This document shows, piece by piece, positions 55,139-64,000 of a stretch of DNA of 64,000 nt. The position numbers and the translations under genes are program-made. Below the pieces are notes generated by a model. It was not told the origin of the DNA. It made no database searches and worked only from the letters and a program-made list of their open reading frames with translations. Source of the stretch: an uncultured Gaiellales bacterium (GTDB lineage: Bacteria; Actinomycetota; Thermoleophilia; Gaiellales; Gaiellaceae); the NCBI GenBank assembly GCA_964496175.1, contig CAZBYA010000005.1, positions 6,481 to 70,480 on the forward strand, written 5' to 3'. Every line of letters starts with the position of its first letter. Positions within the stretch are counted from its first letter, which is position 1.

Positions 55139-56051
55139 GGCCGGCTACGAGCTCGACACGTTCCGCGTCAGCGGCATCCCGCGCAACCCGTCGCCCGCGC
55201 TCCTGCGCGCCCTGCTGCTCGCCGGCGCCGCACCGCTCGCCTGCCGGCGCATCCTCGCGCGCCGCCGCCCCGACGTCGTGCTCGGAGCGGGCGGCTACGT
55301 GGCCGGGCCGATGGTGCTGGCCGCCGCGACGCGCGGCATCCCCGCGGCGCTGACCGAGGCCGACGCGCACCTCGGCCTCGCGAACCGCCTCGCGGCCCCG
55401 TTCGCGCGGCGCCTCTTCCTCGCCTATCCGCTCGAGACGCGCTGGCAGGGGCGGGCGCGCGTCGTCGGCCGCCCGATCCCCGCGCGCTCGCAGCCGGTCC
55501 CGCAGGACGAGGCGCGCGAGATCTTCGAGCTGCCGGCGGAGGCCAGGATCCTCGGCATCTTCGGCGCGCTCGCCGGCGCGAAGGCGCTGAACGAGTTCGT
55601 CGTCGAGACGTGGGGGAGGAGCGGCCCGCCGATCCTGCACGTCACCGGCCGGCGCGACTACGACCTCGTCCGCCGCCGCGCGCGCCGTGAGGACTACCGC
55701 GTCGTGCCGGAGACGGAGCGCTTCGGTGCGGCGCTCTCCGCCGTCGACCTGGTGCTCGGCCGCTCCGGCTCGACCGTGTGGGAGGTGGCGGCGGCCGGAC
55801 GGCCCGCGATCTTCGTCCCGTACCCGTTCGCCACCGGCGACCACCAGGCGGCGAACGCCGAGCACTTCGTGCGCGCCGGCGCCGCGATCATGGTCCGCGA
55901 GCTCGACCTCGCGGACGTCCCCGACCTCGTGCGCTCCCTGCTCGACCATCCCGACCGGCTCGCGCGCATGGGCGAGGCGATGCGCCGCGCCGCCCGCCCC
56001 GACGCGGCGGCGGAGATCGCCGACGAGCTGGTCGCGCTGGCGAAGCGATGA
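54981..56051 (+). CDS. murG: UDP-N-acetylglucosamine--N-acetylmuramyl-(pentapeptide) pyrophosphoryl-undecaprenol GlcNAc transferase
   Basis: 'AAGGTAGHVLPALAVA' close to the N-terminus fixes the start at or before about 55000. Also 'GRSGSTVWEVAAAGRPAIFVPYP...DHQ..NA'. Confidence 0.9.
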   Translation: MAVERQLRCLIAAGGTAGHVLPALAVADALTERDVHVSFAGSPDRVEARLVPEAGYELDTFRVSGIPRNPSPALLRALLLAGAAPLACRRILARRRPDVVLGAGGYVAGPMVLAAATRGIPAALTEADAHLGLANRLAAPFARRLFLAYPLETRWQGRARVVGRPIPARSQPVPQDEAREIFELPAEARILGIFGALAGAKALNEFVVETWGRSGPPILHVTGRRDYDLVRRRARREDYRVVPETERFGAALSAVDLVLGRSGSTVWEVAAAGRPAIFVPYPFATGDHQAANAEHFVRAGAAIMVRELDLADVPDLVRSLLDHPDRLARMGEAMRRAARPDAAAEIADELVALAKR

Positions 56052-57196
56052 AGGGGCGTCGCCTCTGGTTCGTCGGCATCGGCGGCGCCGGCCTGAGCGC
56101 GTACGCGCAGCTCGCCCGGGCGTGGGGGGCGGAGGTCGGCGGCTGGGACCGCGTGCGGACGCCCTACCTCGAGCCGCTCCTGGACGTGCGCCTCGAGCTC
56201 GCGCCCGAGCCCGTCGTCCCGGACGGCTGGGAGGCCGTCGTATCGTCGGCGTACCCCTCGGTGCCGGGCCTGCGCCGCGCGGAGTTCCTGCGCCAGCTCG
56301 TCGCCGAGCGGCCGGCGGTGGTCGTCGCCGGCACGCACGGCAAGGGCACGACGGCGGCGATGATCGCGTTCGTCCTGCGCGAGACCGGCCGCGATCCCGC
56401 ATGGCTGATCGGCGCGCCCGTGCCCCAGCTCGGCTCGAACGCGGGCTTCGGCGGCGGCCTGCTCGTCGTCGAGGGCGACGAGTCCGACCGGACGGTCTTC
56501 TCGCTGCCGGCGGAGATCGCCGTCGTCACGAACGTCGAGCTCGACCACCACACGGAGTACGCGTCGCTCGCGGAGCTGGAGGCGGCGTTCGACGCGTGGC
56601 TCCTCTCGGCGCGGCAGGTCGTGCGCGGTGCGCCGCCGTACGAGGGCGAGCTGGCGCTGTCCGGCGAGCACAACCGCCGCAACGCGGGCACCGCGCTCGC
56701 CGCCCTCGACGCGGCCGGGGTGCCGCGCGGGGAGTCGGAGGCGACCCTGGCGCGGTTCACCGGCACCGGGCGGCGCTTCGAGGTGCACGACCTCGGCGGC
56801 GTGATCCTCGTCGACGACTACGGCCACCACCCGACGGAGGTCGCCGCGACGATCGCCGCCGTCCGCGAGCGGTGGCCGGACGCGACGCTGCGCGTCCTCT
56901 TCCAGCCGCACCTCTACTCGCGCACGCGCCACCTCGCGTCCGAGCTCGGTGCGGCGCTCGCGACGGCCGACGACGTGACCGTCACCGATGTCTACGCGGC
57001 GCGCGAGCAGCCCGTCCCGGGCGTGACGGGGAAGCTCGTCGTCGACGCGCTCTCCGACCTCGGCGTGCTCGCCGCCTGGACGCCGACGGTGGAGCAGGGC
57101 GCGGCGCGGCTGCGTCGCCGCTCGCGTCGCGGCGACGTGCTGCTGGTCGTGGGCGCCGGCGACGTCGACCGCGCCGTCCCGCTGCTCGAGGACTAG
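56048..57196 (+). CDS. murC: UDP-N-acetylmuramate--L-alanine ligase
   Basis: ATGA overlap with murG. 'FVGIGGAGLSA', 'VAGTHGKGTT', 'EGDESD', 'DDYGHHPTE'. Confidence 0.9.
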   Translation: MKGRRLWFVGIGGAGLSAYAQLARAWGAEVGGWDRVRTPYLEPLLDVRLELAPEPVVPDGWEAVVSSAYPSVPGLRRAEFLRQLVAERPAVVVAGTHGKGTTAAMIAFVLRETGRDPAWLIGAPVPQLGSNAGFGGGLLVVEGDESDRTVFSLPAEIAVVTNVELDHHTEYASLAELEAAFDAWLLSARQVVRGAPPYEGELALSGEHNRRNAGTALAALDAAGVPRGESEATLARFTGTGRRFEVHDLGGVILVDDYGHHPTEVAATIAAVRERWPDATLRVLFQPHLYSRTRHLASELGAALATADDVTVTDVYAAREQPVPGVTGKLVVDALSDLGVLAAWTPTVEQGAARLRRRSRRGDVLLVVGAGDVDRAVPLLED

Positions 57197-57206
57197 CCTG
57201 GGACGC

Positions 57207-58106
57207 GTGGAAGCGAACGTCCCGCTCGCGCGCTACACGACGATCGGCACCGGCGGGCCGGCCCGGTGGTTCGCGCGGCCGGAGTCGGTGGCGGACCTGC
57301 AGGAGGCGCTCGTCTGGGCGGCCGAGCGGTCGGTGGCGGTCGAGGCGATCGGCCTCGGCTCGAACCTGCTGGTCCACGACGACGGCGTCGAGGCGCTCGT
57401 GCTGAAGCTCGCCGGGGCGCTCGCGGAAGCGCGCGTCGAGGGGACGACGCTCGTCGCCGGGGGCGGCGCCGCCAACGCCGTCTGCCTCCATCGCGCGCGG
57501 GCCGCCGGGCTCGGCGGCTTCGAGTTCGCCTCCGCGATCCCGGGCACGGCGGGCGGCGGTGTGAAGATGAACGCCGGCGCCTACGGCCGCGAGTGGAGGG
57601 ACGTGCTCATCGACGCCGTCGTCGTCTCGGCCGCCTCCGTGCGCACCGTCCCGGTCGAGGAGCTCGGCCTGCGCTACCGGCACTCGGGGCTGCGCGCGGG
57701 CGAGGTCGTGGCCGAGGTGCGGTTCCGGCTCGAGCCCTCGTCCGCGGACGACGTGAAGGCGAAGGCGGCCGAGCTGCTCGCGCAGCGCAAGGCGACGCAG
57801 CCGACCAACAAGCGGACGTTCGGCAGCGTCTTCAAGAACCCGGAGGGGAGCCCGGGCGCGGGGCGCATGATCGAGGAGTGCGGCCTGAAGGGGCACGCGA
57901 TCGGCGGCGCGCTGATCTCGCCGCGGCACGCGAACTTCATCGAGAACGCCGGTGGCGCCGCCAGCGCAGACTGCATCGCCCTGATGGCCGAGGCGCGCCA
58001 CCGGGTGCACGAGCGGTTCGGGTACGTGCTCGAACACGAGGTGCAGTTCCTCGGGCCCCTGGAGCTGCCGCCGATCGCAGGGGAAGCGCGGCCCGCGCAG
58101 AACTGA
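57207..58106 (+). CDS. murB: UDP-N-acetylenolpyruvoylglucosamine reductase
   Basis: 'YTTIGTGGPARWF', 'GLGSNLLV', 'IPGTAGGGVKMNAGAYG', 'GSVFKNP'. Confidence 0.9.
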   Translation: MEANVPLARYTTIGTGGPARWFARPESVADLQEALVWAAERSVAVEAIGLGSNLLVHDDGVEALVLKLAGALAEARVEGTTLVAGGGAANAVCLHRARAAGLGGFEFASAIPGTAGGGVKMNAGAYGREWRDVLIDAVVVSAASVRTVPVEELGLRYRHSGLRAGEVVAEVRFRLEPSSADDVKAKAAELLAQRKATQPTNKRTFGSVFKNPEGSPGAGRMIEECGLKGHAIGGALISPRHANFIENAGGAASADCIALMAEARHRVHERFGYVLEHEVQFLGPLELPPIAGEARPAQN

Positions 58107-58111
58107 GCCGG

Positions 58112-58918
58112 GTGGCAGCCCGGAGGAGGCCCAGCGCCCGCGCGGCGGCCCTGCCTGCGCGCAGGGCCGGGTTCGACCTCGCGCGGATCGCGCCGTCGGG
58201 CCGCTCGATCGCGCTCGGCCTGGCCCTGCTGGCGGTCGCCGTCGGCGGCTACCTGGCGGCGCTCGAGACGTCGCTGTTCGCCGTCCGCGCGGTCGAGGTG
58301 CGCGGTGGCACGCCGCAGCTGCAGGCCGCCGTCCGGGCGGCGCTCCGGCCGGAGCTCGGCCGCAGCCTCCTGCGCGTGAACGGCTCCGGGCTCGCCCGGC
58401 TCCTCGACGCGCTCCCGTTCGTGCGGACGTTCAGCTACGACCGGGCATTCCCGAACACTCTGAAGGTGACCGTGCGCAGCGAGGTGCCCGTGCTGCTCGT
58501 CCGCTACCCCCGCGGCAACGCGTACCTCGTCTCGGCGAGTGCCCGCGTGCTGGCGCCGGTGCCGAACCCGCGGCGCTCCTCGCTGCCGCGCCTGTACGTG
58601 CCGCCGCAGGTGCGGCTCCAGGTCGGCGGGCAGGCCCCCGACACCGTCGCCGCGGCCGCCGCCGCGCTCGCGCCGCTGCAGGCTGCGCCGCTCCCCGGAG
58701 GCGTCCGCTTCGTCACGAACGGCCCGCAGGGGCTCACGCTGCTGCTCTCGCACGGCCTCGAGGTGCGCCTGGGCGACCGGGGCGACGTCCGCCTGAAGTA
58801 CGCGATCGCGCGCCGCATCCTCGCCGCGACCGGGGCGGCGCAGGCGGGCGGCGGCTACCTCGACGTCAGCGTCCCCGAGCGGCCGGTGCTCTCCTCGAAC
58901 TCTCAAGTCGGAGGTTGA
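58112..58918 (+). CDS. ftsQ: Cell division protein FtsQ/DivIB (POTRA domain)
   Basis: Position in the dcw cluster. It has an Arg-rich N-terminus, TM 'IALGLALLAVAVGGYLAAL' and POTRA-like 'AVRAVEVRGG'. GTG start at 58112. Confidence 0.75.
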   Translation: MAARRRPSARAAALPARRAGFDLARIAPSGRSIALGLALLAVAVGGYLAALETSLFAVRAVEVRGGTPQLQAAVRAALRPELGRSLLRVNGSGLARLLDALPFVRTFSYDRAFPNTLKVTVRSEVPVLLVRYPRGNAYLVSASARVLAPVPNPRRSSLPRLYVPPQVRLQVGGQAPDTVAAAAAALAPLQAAPLPGGVRFVTNGPQGLTLLLSHGLEVRLGDRGDVRLKYAIARRILAATGAAQAGGGYLDVSVPERPVLSSNSQVGG

Positions 58919-58934
58919 GGTTGAGGGTGAGGGC
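58911..58934 (+). repeat. Four tandem hexamers GAGGTT-GAGGTT-GAGGGT-GAGGGC spanning the ftsQ stop
   Basis: Read directly. They create three in-frame TGA codons (58916, 58922, 58928). Confidence 0.8.
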
Positions 58935-58957
58935 CCTCGAGATCGAGCGTTTCCGTG

Positions 58958-58986
58958 TTGACACGGCAGGAAACCGGCCGTACGCT
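58958..58986 (+). promoter_or_regulatory. Candidate ftsZ-proximal promoter (TTGACA-17 nt-TACGCT)
   Basis: A perfect -35 hexamer, a 17-nt spacer and a TANNNT-type -10 hexamer, located in the ftsQ-ftsZ gap. Confidence 0.45.
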
Positions 58987-59051
58987 CCCGAAGGAAGGAG
59001 GCGCTCGACAGCCCCACCCTGCACTCGAGCTTGAGGTCGAGCCACATCGAG

Positions 59052-60110
59052 ATGAGAGATCGCTCCGGCAACTACCTGGCCGTGATCAAGGTCGTCGGCG
59101 TCGGCGGCGGCGGCACGAACGCCGTCAACCGCATGGTCGACGCCGGGCTGACGGGGGTCGAGTTCGTCGCCGTCAACACCGACGCGCAGGCGCTTCTGAT
59201 GTGCGACGCGGACGTGAAGATCCACATCGGCGCGAAGGCGACGCGCGGGCTCGGCGCCGGCGCCGACCCGAACGTCGGGCGCGAGGCCGCGACGGAGTCG
59301 CGCGACGAGTTGAAGGAGGCGCTGAAGGGCGCCGACATGGTCTTCGTCACCGCGGGCGAGGGCGGCGGCACCGGTACCGGCGGTGCGCCGATCGTCGCCG
59401 AGATCGCGCGCGAGCTCGAGGCGCTGACGGTCGGCGTCGTCACCCGCCCCTTCTCGTTCGAGGGCAGGCGGCGCGCCCAGCAGGCCGAGGCCGGGATCGG
59501 CGACCTCGCCGACAAGGTCGACACGCTGATCGTGATCGAGAACGACCGGCTGCTCCAGGTGGTCGAGAAGCGCACGCCGCTCTCCGACGCCTTCAAGATG
59601 GCCGACGACATCCTCCGGCAGGGCGTCCAGGGGATCACCGACCTGATCACCGTTCCCGGGATCGTCAACCTCGACTTCGCCGACGTGCGCACGATCATGC
59701 GCGACGCCGGCTCGGCGCTGATGGGGATCGGCACCGGGCAGGGCGAGAACCGCGCCGGCGAGGCCGCGCGGACGGCCGTCTCCTCGCCGCTGCTCGAGTC
59801 CTCGATCGAGGGCGCGACCGGCATCCTGCTGAACATCAGCGGCCCGCCGGACCTCGGGCTGTTCGAGGTCAACGAGGCGGCCGAGGTCGTCACGGGCGCC
59901 GCCGACCAGAACGCGAACGTGATCTTCGGCGCCGTGATCGACGACCAGCTCCGCGACGAGGTGCGCGTGACGGTGATCGCCACCGGCTTCGGCGTCCAGC
60001 GCCGCCGGCGGGCACGCCAGCTCTCCGAGGGCGCGCCGATCGGCGCCCGCAGCCACGAGTTCGACCTCGGCGACTCGCTCGACGTCCCCTCGTTCCTCCG
60101 GGAGGACTGA
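59052..60110 (+). CDS. ftsZ: Cell division GTPase FtsZ
   Basis: '[17 protein letters not shown]' and the tubulin signature '[10 protein letters not shown]'. ATG 59052 is preferred; the track start TTG 59031 is possible. Confidence 0.93.
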   Translation: MRDRSGNYLAVIKVVGVGGGGTNAVNRMVDAGLTGVEFVAVNTDAQALLMCDADVKIHIGAKATRGLGAGADPNVGREAATESRDELKEALKGADMVFVTAGEGGGTGTGGAPIVAEIARELEALTVGVVTRPFSFEGRRRAQQAEAGIGDLADKVDTLIVIENDRLLQVVEKRTPLSDAFKMADDILRQGVQGITDLITVPGIVNLDFADVRTIMRDAGSALMGIGTGQGENRAGEAARTAVSSPLLESSIEGATGILLNISGPPDLGLFEVNEAAEVVTGAADQNANVIFGAVIDDQLRDEVRVTVIATGFGVQRRRRARQLSEGAPIGARSHEFDLGDSLDVPSFLRED

Positions 60111-60192
60111 GGAGAGGTTTAGCGTTCGGGCGGGGCGGTGAAGACGTCCTTGCCCTCTCGGGACTGGAGTGCAGTCCCACACGACCCGGTCA

Positions 60193-60219
60193 GAAGCCCC
60201 GGCTCCCCGCCGGGGCTTC
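60193..60219 (+). terminator. 10-bp GC hairpin (GAAGCCCCGG-CTCCCCG-CCGGGGCTTC) followed by GCCTTTCC
   Basis: It lies 83 nt after the ftsZ stop and 85 nt before the gcvT ATG. It could be the ftsZ terminator or an attenuator in the gcvT leader. Confidence 0.4.
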
Positions 60220-60303
60220 GCCTTTCCTGGGGGAAGGCCGCCGCGGCGGGTCAGGGAGTCCACGGATTCACCGCAGGTCGGGCGCTCGTTAGCATCGCCC
60301 CGG

Positions 60304-61353
60304 ATGCAGACCCTGCGCCGGACGCCCCTGCACGACCGCCACGTTGCCCTCGGCGCCCGGATGGTGCCGTTCGCCGGGTGGGAGATGCCCGTCCAGTACG
60401 CCGGCGTGATCCCCGAGCACAGGGCGGTCCGCACAGACGCCGGGGTGTTCGACGTCTCGCACATGGGCGAGCTCGAGGTCGAGGGGCCGGCCGCGCGCGA
60501 CCTGCTCCAGGCGGCGCTCTCGAACGACGTCGACCGGCTCGCGCCGGGCCAGGCCCAGTACTCGCTGATCACCAACGAGCAGGGCGGGATCGTCGACGAC
60601 GTGATCGTCTACCGGCTCGAGGACGTCCGCTACCTGATCGTCGTCAACGCGTCGAACCGCGACACGGACTTCCGCTGGCTGAAGGAGCGCGAGGTGCGCG
60701 GCTCGGATGTGCGCGACGTCTCCGACGACTACGCGCTGCTCGCCGTGCAGGGCCCGAACGCGCTCGACAAGCTCGGCATCGCGCACGGGACGCCGTTCAC
60801 GTGGGAGATGGGCGAGCTCGACGGCGTCGAGGTGATGATCAACCGCACGGGCTACACCGGCGAGGAGGGCGTCGAGCTCGCGTGCATGGAGGACGACGCG
60901 GTGCAGCTGTGGGACGCGGTCCTCGCGCGCGGGATCGCGCCGATCGGCCTCGGCGCGCGTGACACGCTGCGCCTCGAGGTCTGCTACCCGCTGCACGGCA
61001 ACGACATCGGCCCGCAGTGGGACGCGATCTCCTCCGGTCTCGGCTGGGCGTGCGCGCTCGAGACCGAGTTCACCGGCGTCGAGCGGCTGCGCGAGGTCAA
61101 GGAGCGCGGCCCCGAGCGCAAGCTCGTCCCGTTCCGGATGACGGAGAAGGCGATCCCGCGACAGGGCATGGCGATCGAGGGCGGCGGCGAGGTCACGTCC
61201 GGGACGCTCTCGCCGATGCTCGAGGTGGGGATCGGCATGGGCTATGTCCCGGCGGCGTCCGCGACGCGCGGGACGGCCCTGGTGATCGACGTGCGCGGGC
61301 GTCCCCGCACGGCGGAAGTCGCGAAGAAGCCCCTCTACACGAAGGAGCACTGA
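60304..61353 (+). CDS. gcvT: Glycine cleavage system aminomethyltransferase (T protein)
   Basis: 'TPLHDRHVALGARMVPFAGWEMPVQY', 'VFDVSHMG', 'RTGYTGEEG'. Confidence 0.92.
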   Translation: MQTLRRTPLHDRHVALGARMVPFAGWEMPVQYAGVIPEHRAVRTDAGVFDVSHMGELEVEGPAARDLLQAALSNDVDRLAPGQAQYSLITNEQGGIVDDVIVYRLEDVRYLIVVNASNRDTDFRWLKEREVRGSDVRDVSDDYALLAVQGPNALDKLGIAHGTPFTWEMGELDGVEVMINRTGYTGEEGVELACMEDDAVQLWDAVLARGIAPIGLGARDTLRLEVCYPLHGNDIGPQWDAISSGLGWACALETEFTGVERLREVKERGPERKLVPFRMTEKAIPRQGMAIEGGGEVTSGTLSPMLEVGIGMGYVPAASATRGTALVIDVRGRPRTAEVAKKPLYTKEH

Positions 61354-61354
61354 G

Positions 61355-61750
61355 TTGGCCGCGAGCGAGTCGTACCCCGACGATCTCCTCTACCACCCCG
61401 AGCACGACTGGGCCCGCATCGACGGCGACGAAGCGGTGCTCGGCGTCACGTGGTACGCGCAGGACGCGCTCGGCGAGCTCGTCCACTACGAGGCGCCGGA
61501 CGTCGGCGCGACGGTCGCCAAGGACGGGTCGTACGGCGAGGTCGAGTCGGTGAAGGCCGTCTCCGACCTGATCGCCCCGCTCTCCGGCGAGGTGCTCGAG
61601 GTCAACCAGGCGGTGATCGACGCTCCCGAGACCGTCAACGACGACCCGTACCAGGCGGGCTGGCTCGTACGCATCCGGCTGTCGAACCCCTCCGAGCGCG
61701 ACCAGCTGCTCGACGTCGCCGCGTACAAGCGGCTGCTCGAGGACGCGTGA
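61355..61750 (+). CDS. gcvH: Glycine cleavage system H protein
   Basis: 'HPEHDWARI' and the lipoyl-lysine motif 'EVESVKAVSDL'. TTG start. Confidence 0.92.
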   Translation: MAASESYPDDLLYHPEHDWARIDGDEAVLGVTWYAQDALGELVHYEAPDVGATVAKDGSYGEVESVKAVSDLIAPLSGEVLEVNQAVIDAPETVNDDPYQAGWLVRIRLSNPSERDQLLDVAAYKRLLEDA

Positions 61751-63072
61751 GCTACCTCTCGCTCACGCGTGCCGACCGCGAGGCGATGCTCGCGACGATC
61801 GGTGTGTCGTCCGTCGACGAGCTGTTCCGCGACATCCCGGCCGGCGTGCGGTTCGACCGTGAGCTGGACGTGCCGCCGGCGGTGACGGAGGCCGAGCTCC
61901 AGCGCCATCTCGAGGAGCTCGCCGCGCGCAACGTGATCGACGAGGTCTGCTTCCTCGGCGCGGGCGTCTACGACCACTACGTGCCCGCCGTGGTCGACGC
62001 CGTCCTCCAGCGCGGCGAGCTGCTGACGGCGTACACGCCGTACCAGCCCGAGATGAGCCAGGGCGTGCTCCAGGCGATCTTCGAGTACCAGACGGCGATC
62101 TGCGAGCTGACCGGCATGGACGTCTCGAACGCCTCCGGCTACGACGGCACGACGGTGTCCGCGGACGCCTGCTTCGTGGCGAGGCACGCGACAGGACGGT
62201 CGAGGATCGTCGTCACCGAGGCGACCAACCCGCAGGTCCGACAGGTGGTCAAGACCTACGCGCCGGGCTTCGGCCTCGAGGTCGTCGAGGTGCCGCACAG
62301 CGGCGGCTCGACCGATCCCGAGCGCGTGCGCGAGGCGGCGCGCGACGCGGCGGCGGTGATCTTCCAGCAGCCGAACTTCTTCGGCATCCTCGAGCCGGCG
62401 CCCGACCTCGCCGCGGCCGCGAACGAGGCCGAGGCGATGCCGATCGCGCACGTCGACCTGACGTCGCTCGGCGTGCTCGAGGCCCCGGGCGCCTACGGCT
62501 GCGCGATGGCGATCGGCGAGGGCCAGTCGGTGGGGAACGCGATGAGCTACGGCGGCCCGCACTACGGCTTCCTCGCCGCCCGCTCCGAGTACATCCGGCG
62601 CCTGCCGGGACGGATCGTCGGCGAGACGGTGGACGCCGCGGGCGACCGCGGCTATGTGCTGACCCTCCAGACCCGCGAGCAGCACATCAGGCGCGAGAAG
62701 GCGACGTCGAACATCACCACCAACCAGACGCTGCTGGCGCTGGCAGGGCTGGTGCACCTGAGCCTGCTGGGACCGCAGGGGCTCCGCGAGCTGGGGGAGA
62801 CCTGCATGGCGCTCGCCGGGTACGCGCAGGAGCGGCTCCAGGCGGCGGGATTCGAGCTGGTGTTTCCAGGAAAGGCAACGTTCAAGGAGTTTGCCGTGCG
62901 CACCGGACGGAACGCGCGCGACGCGCTCGCAGCCGCGCGGGCCCGCGGTGTCTACGCCGGCTACCCGCTCGGGCGGGACTACGAGGCGCTCGACGACGCG
63001 CTGCTGGTCGCCGTGACCGAGAAGCGGACGGTCGACGAGATCGACCGTCTGGTGGAGGCGTTGCGGCCGTGA
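61747..63072 (+). CDS. gcvPA: Glycine dehydrogenase (decarboxylating) subunit 1
   Basis: GTGA overlap with gcvH. 'FLGAGVYDHYVPA', 'TAYTPYQPEMSQG', 'QTREQHIRREKATSNI'. Confidence 0.92.
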   Translation: MSYLSLTRADREAMLATIGVSSVDELFRDIPAGVRFDRELDVPPAVTEAELQRHLEELAARNVIDEVCFLGAGVYDHYVPAVVDAVLQRGELLTAYTPYQPEMSQGVLQAIFEYQTAICELTGMDVSNASGYDGTTVSADACFVARHATGRSRIVVTEATNPQVRQVVKTYAPGFGLEVVEVPHSGGSTDPERVREAARDAAAVIFQQPNFFGILEPAPDLAAAANEAEAMPIAHVDLTSLGVLEAPGAYGCAMAIGEGQSVGNAMSYGGPHYGFLAARSEYIRRLPGRIVGETVDAAGDRGYVLTLQTREQHIRREKATSNITTNQTLLALAGLVHLSLLGPQGLRELGETCMALAGYAQERLQAAGFELVFPGKATFKEFAVRTGRNARDALAAARARGVYAGYPLGRDYEALDDALLVAVTEKRTVDEIDRLVEALRP

Positions 63073-64000
63073 AGCTGATCTACGAGAAGTCGCAGCCGGG
63101 CCGCCGCGGCCTCGCCGTGCCGGTCCCCGACCTGCCCGTGCCCGAGGTGCCCGAGGAGCTCGCGCGGAAGGAGCCCCCGCGCCTGCCGGAGATCGCCGAG
63201 CCGGAGGTGATGCGCCACTTCACCGAGCTCTCGACGCGCAACTTCGGCGTCGACACCGGCTTCTACCCGCTCGGCAGCTGCACCATGAAGTACAACCCGC
63301 GCATCAACGAGCGCCTCGTCGGGCTGCCGGGCTTCGCGAACCTGCACCCGCTCGTCGAGGACGACGCCGCGCAGGGCGCGCTCGAGCTCGAGTGGCACCT
63401 CCAGGAGATCCTGCGCGAGGTGACCGGCCTCGACGCCGTCAGCCTCCAGCCTGCGGCGGGCAGCCAGGGCGAGGTGACCGGGCTGATGCTCTTCCACGCG
63501 TACTTCGCCGACCGCGGCGAGGACGAGGCGCGCCGGAAGGTCGTGATCCCGGACACCGCGCACGGGACGAACCCGGCGAGCGTCACGATGGCCGGCTACG
63601 AGCTGACGCCGGTCAAGACCGATCCGCGCGGGAACATCGACGTCGACGACCTGCGCACCAAGGTCGACGAGCACACCGCCGGGCTGATGCTCACGAACCC
63701 CTCGACGCTCGGCCTCTTCGACGAGAACATCGAGGAGATCGAGCGCATCTTCCACGGCGCCGGCGCGCTCATGTACTACGACGGCGCGAACCTCAACGCC
63801 GTCTGCGGGATCTCGCGCCCGGGCGACATGGGCTTCGACGTCGTCCACATCAACCTGCACAAGACGTTCTCGCAGCCGCACGGCGGCGGCGGGCCCGGCG
63901 GCGGCCCGATCGCGGTGCGCGCGTCGCTCGCGCCGTTCCTGCCGGTGCCGGTCGTGGCGCGCGACGGCGACACGTTCAGGCTCGACTACGACCGGCCGAA
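63069..64000 (+). CDS. gcvPB: Glycine dehydrogenase (decarboxylating) subunit 2, 3'-truncated by the window end
   Basis: Not in the ORF track because no stop lies within the window. Hand translation from GTG 63069 (GTGA overlap) gives 'VKLIYEKSQPGRRG...HFTELSTRNFGVDTGFYPLGSCTMKYNPR...DTAHGTNPAS...NLHKTF', typical of GcvPB. Confidence 0.9.
   Translation, partial: MKLIYEKSQPGRRGLAVPVPDLPVPEVPEELARKEPPRLPEIAEPEVMRHFTELSTRNFGVDTGFYPLGSCTMKYNPRINERLVGLPGFANLHPLVEDDAAQGALELEWHLQEILREVTGLDAVSLQPAAGSQGEVTGLMLFHAYFADRGEDEARRKVVIPDTAHGTNPASVTMAGYELTPVKTDPRGNIDVDDLRTKVDEHTAGLMLTNPSTLGLFDENIEEIERIFHGAGALMYYDGANLNAVCGISRPGDMGFDVVHINLHKTFSQPHGGGGPGGGPIAVRASLAPFLPVPVVARDGDTFRLDYDRP

Noticed and set aside
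58991-59002. GAAGGAAGGAGG as the ftsZ Shine-Dalgarno sequence
   Set aside because: No start codon in any frame lies 5-10 nt downstream, and the ftsZ candidate starts are 29-50 nt away.
60111-60303. Calling a canonical glycine riboswitch upstream of gcvT
   Set aside because: Only GGAGAG and a CTCTC-GG element are present, and the highly conserved ACCGAAGGGGCAA-like core is not found by eye. The region is kept only as an unexplained structured leader pending a covariance-model search.

Overview
This is a very GC-rich (by eye above 70%), densely coded chromosomal segment of actinobacterial type. Start/stop overlaps of the GTGA/ATGA kind are frequent, and several divergent gene pairs have almost no intergenic DNA. 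I support about 70 CDS. I found no rRNA or tRNA genes, no CRISPR array, and no transposase, integrase or phage genes. Many long ORFs in the six-frame track are Arg/Ala/Pro-rich antisense shadows and were rejected.

Landmarks, left to right:
- mntH, hpt and a T7-endonuclease-I-like gene.
- An operon of metallophosphoesterase, cyclic-2,3-diphosphoglycerate (cDPG) synthetase-like, 2-phosphoglycerate kinase-like and glpX genes.
- A lower-GC3 patch encoding secreted proteins.
- queG coupled to a GAF histidine kinase.
- A fused pafBC-like WYL regulator.
- A zinc-ribbon/SPOR cluster.
- ALDH, MBL hydrolase, thiolase and hbd.
- A Na+/H+ antiporter.
- A secreted-protein/response-regulator/histidine-kinase operon.
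- queA-tgt-yajC-secDF.
- A DEAD-box helicase and greA.
- A hydrolase-adenylate cyclase fusion.
- cspA, followed by an operon of small unknown ORFs.
- An ABC1 kinase, ndh, and an ECF sigma gene overlapping ogt.
- A complete dcw cluster (mraZ-rsmH-ftsL-ftsI-[APC permease]-murE-murF-mraY-murD-ftsW-murG-murC-murB-ftsQ-ftsZ).
- gcvT-gcvH-gcvPA-gcvPB (gcvPB is truncated by the window end).

Items most worth a second look:
- The archaeal-type cDPG gene pair, embedded in a tightly coupled bacterial operon.
- The four-gene small-ORF operon headed by a degenerate cold-shock domain.
- The permease inserted into the dcw cluster.
- Two 23-nt palindromic sites upstream of hbd.
- Two small hydrophobic ORFs that fall below the ORF-track length cutoff.
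- The 158-nt ftsW/murG overlap.

All functional calls come from motif recognition by eye. No database search was run.
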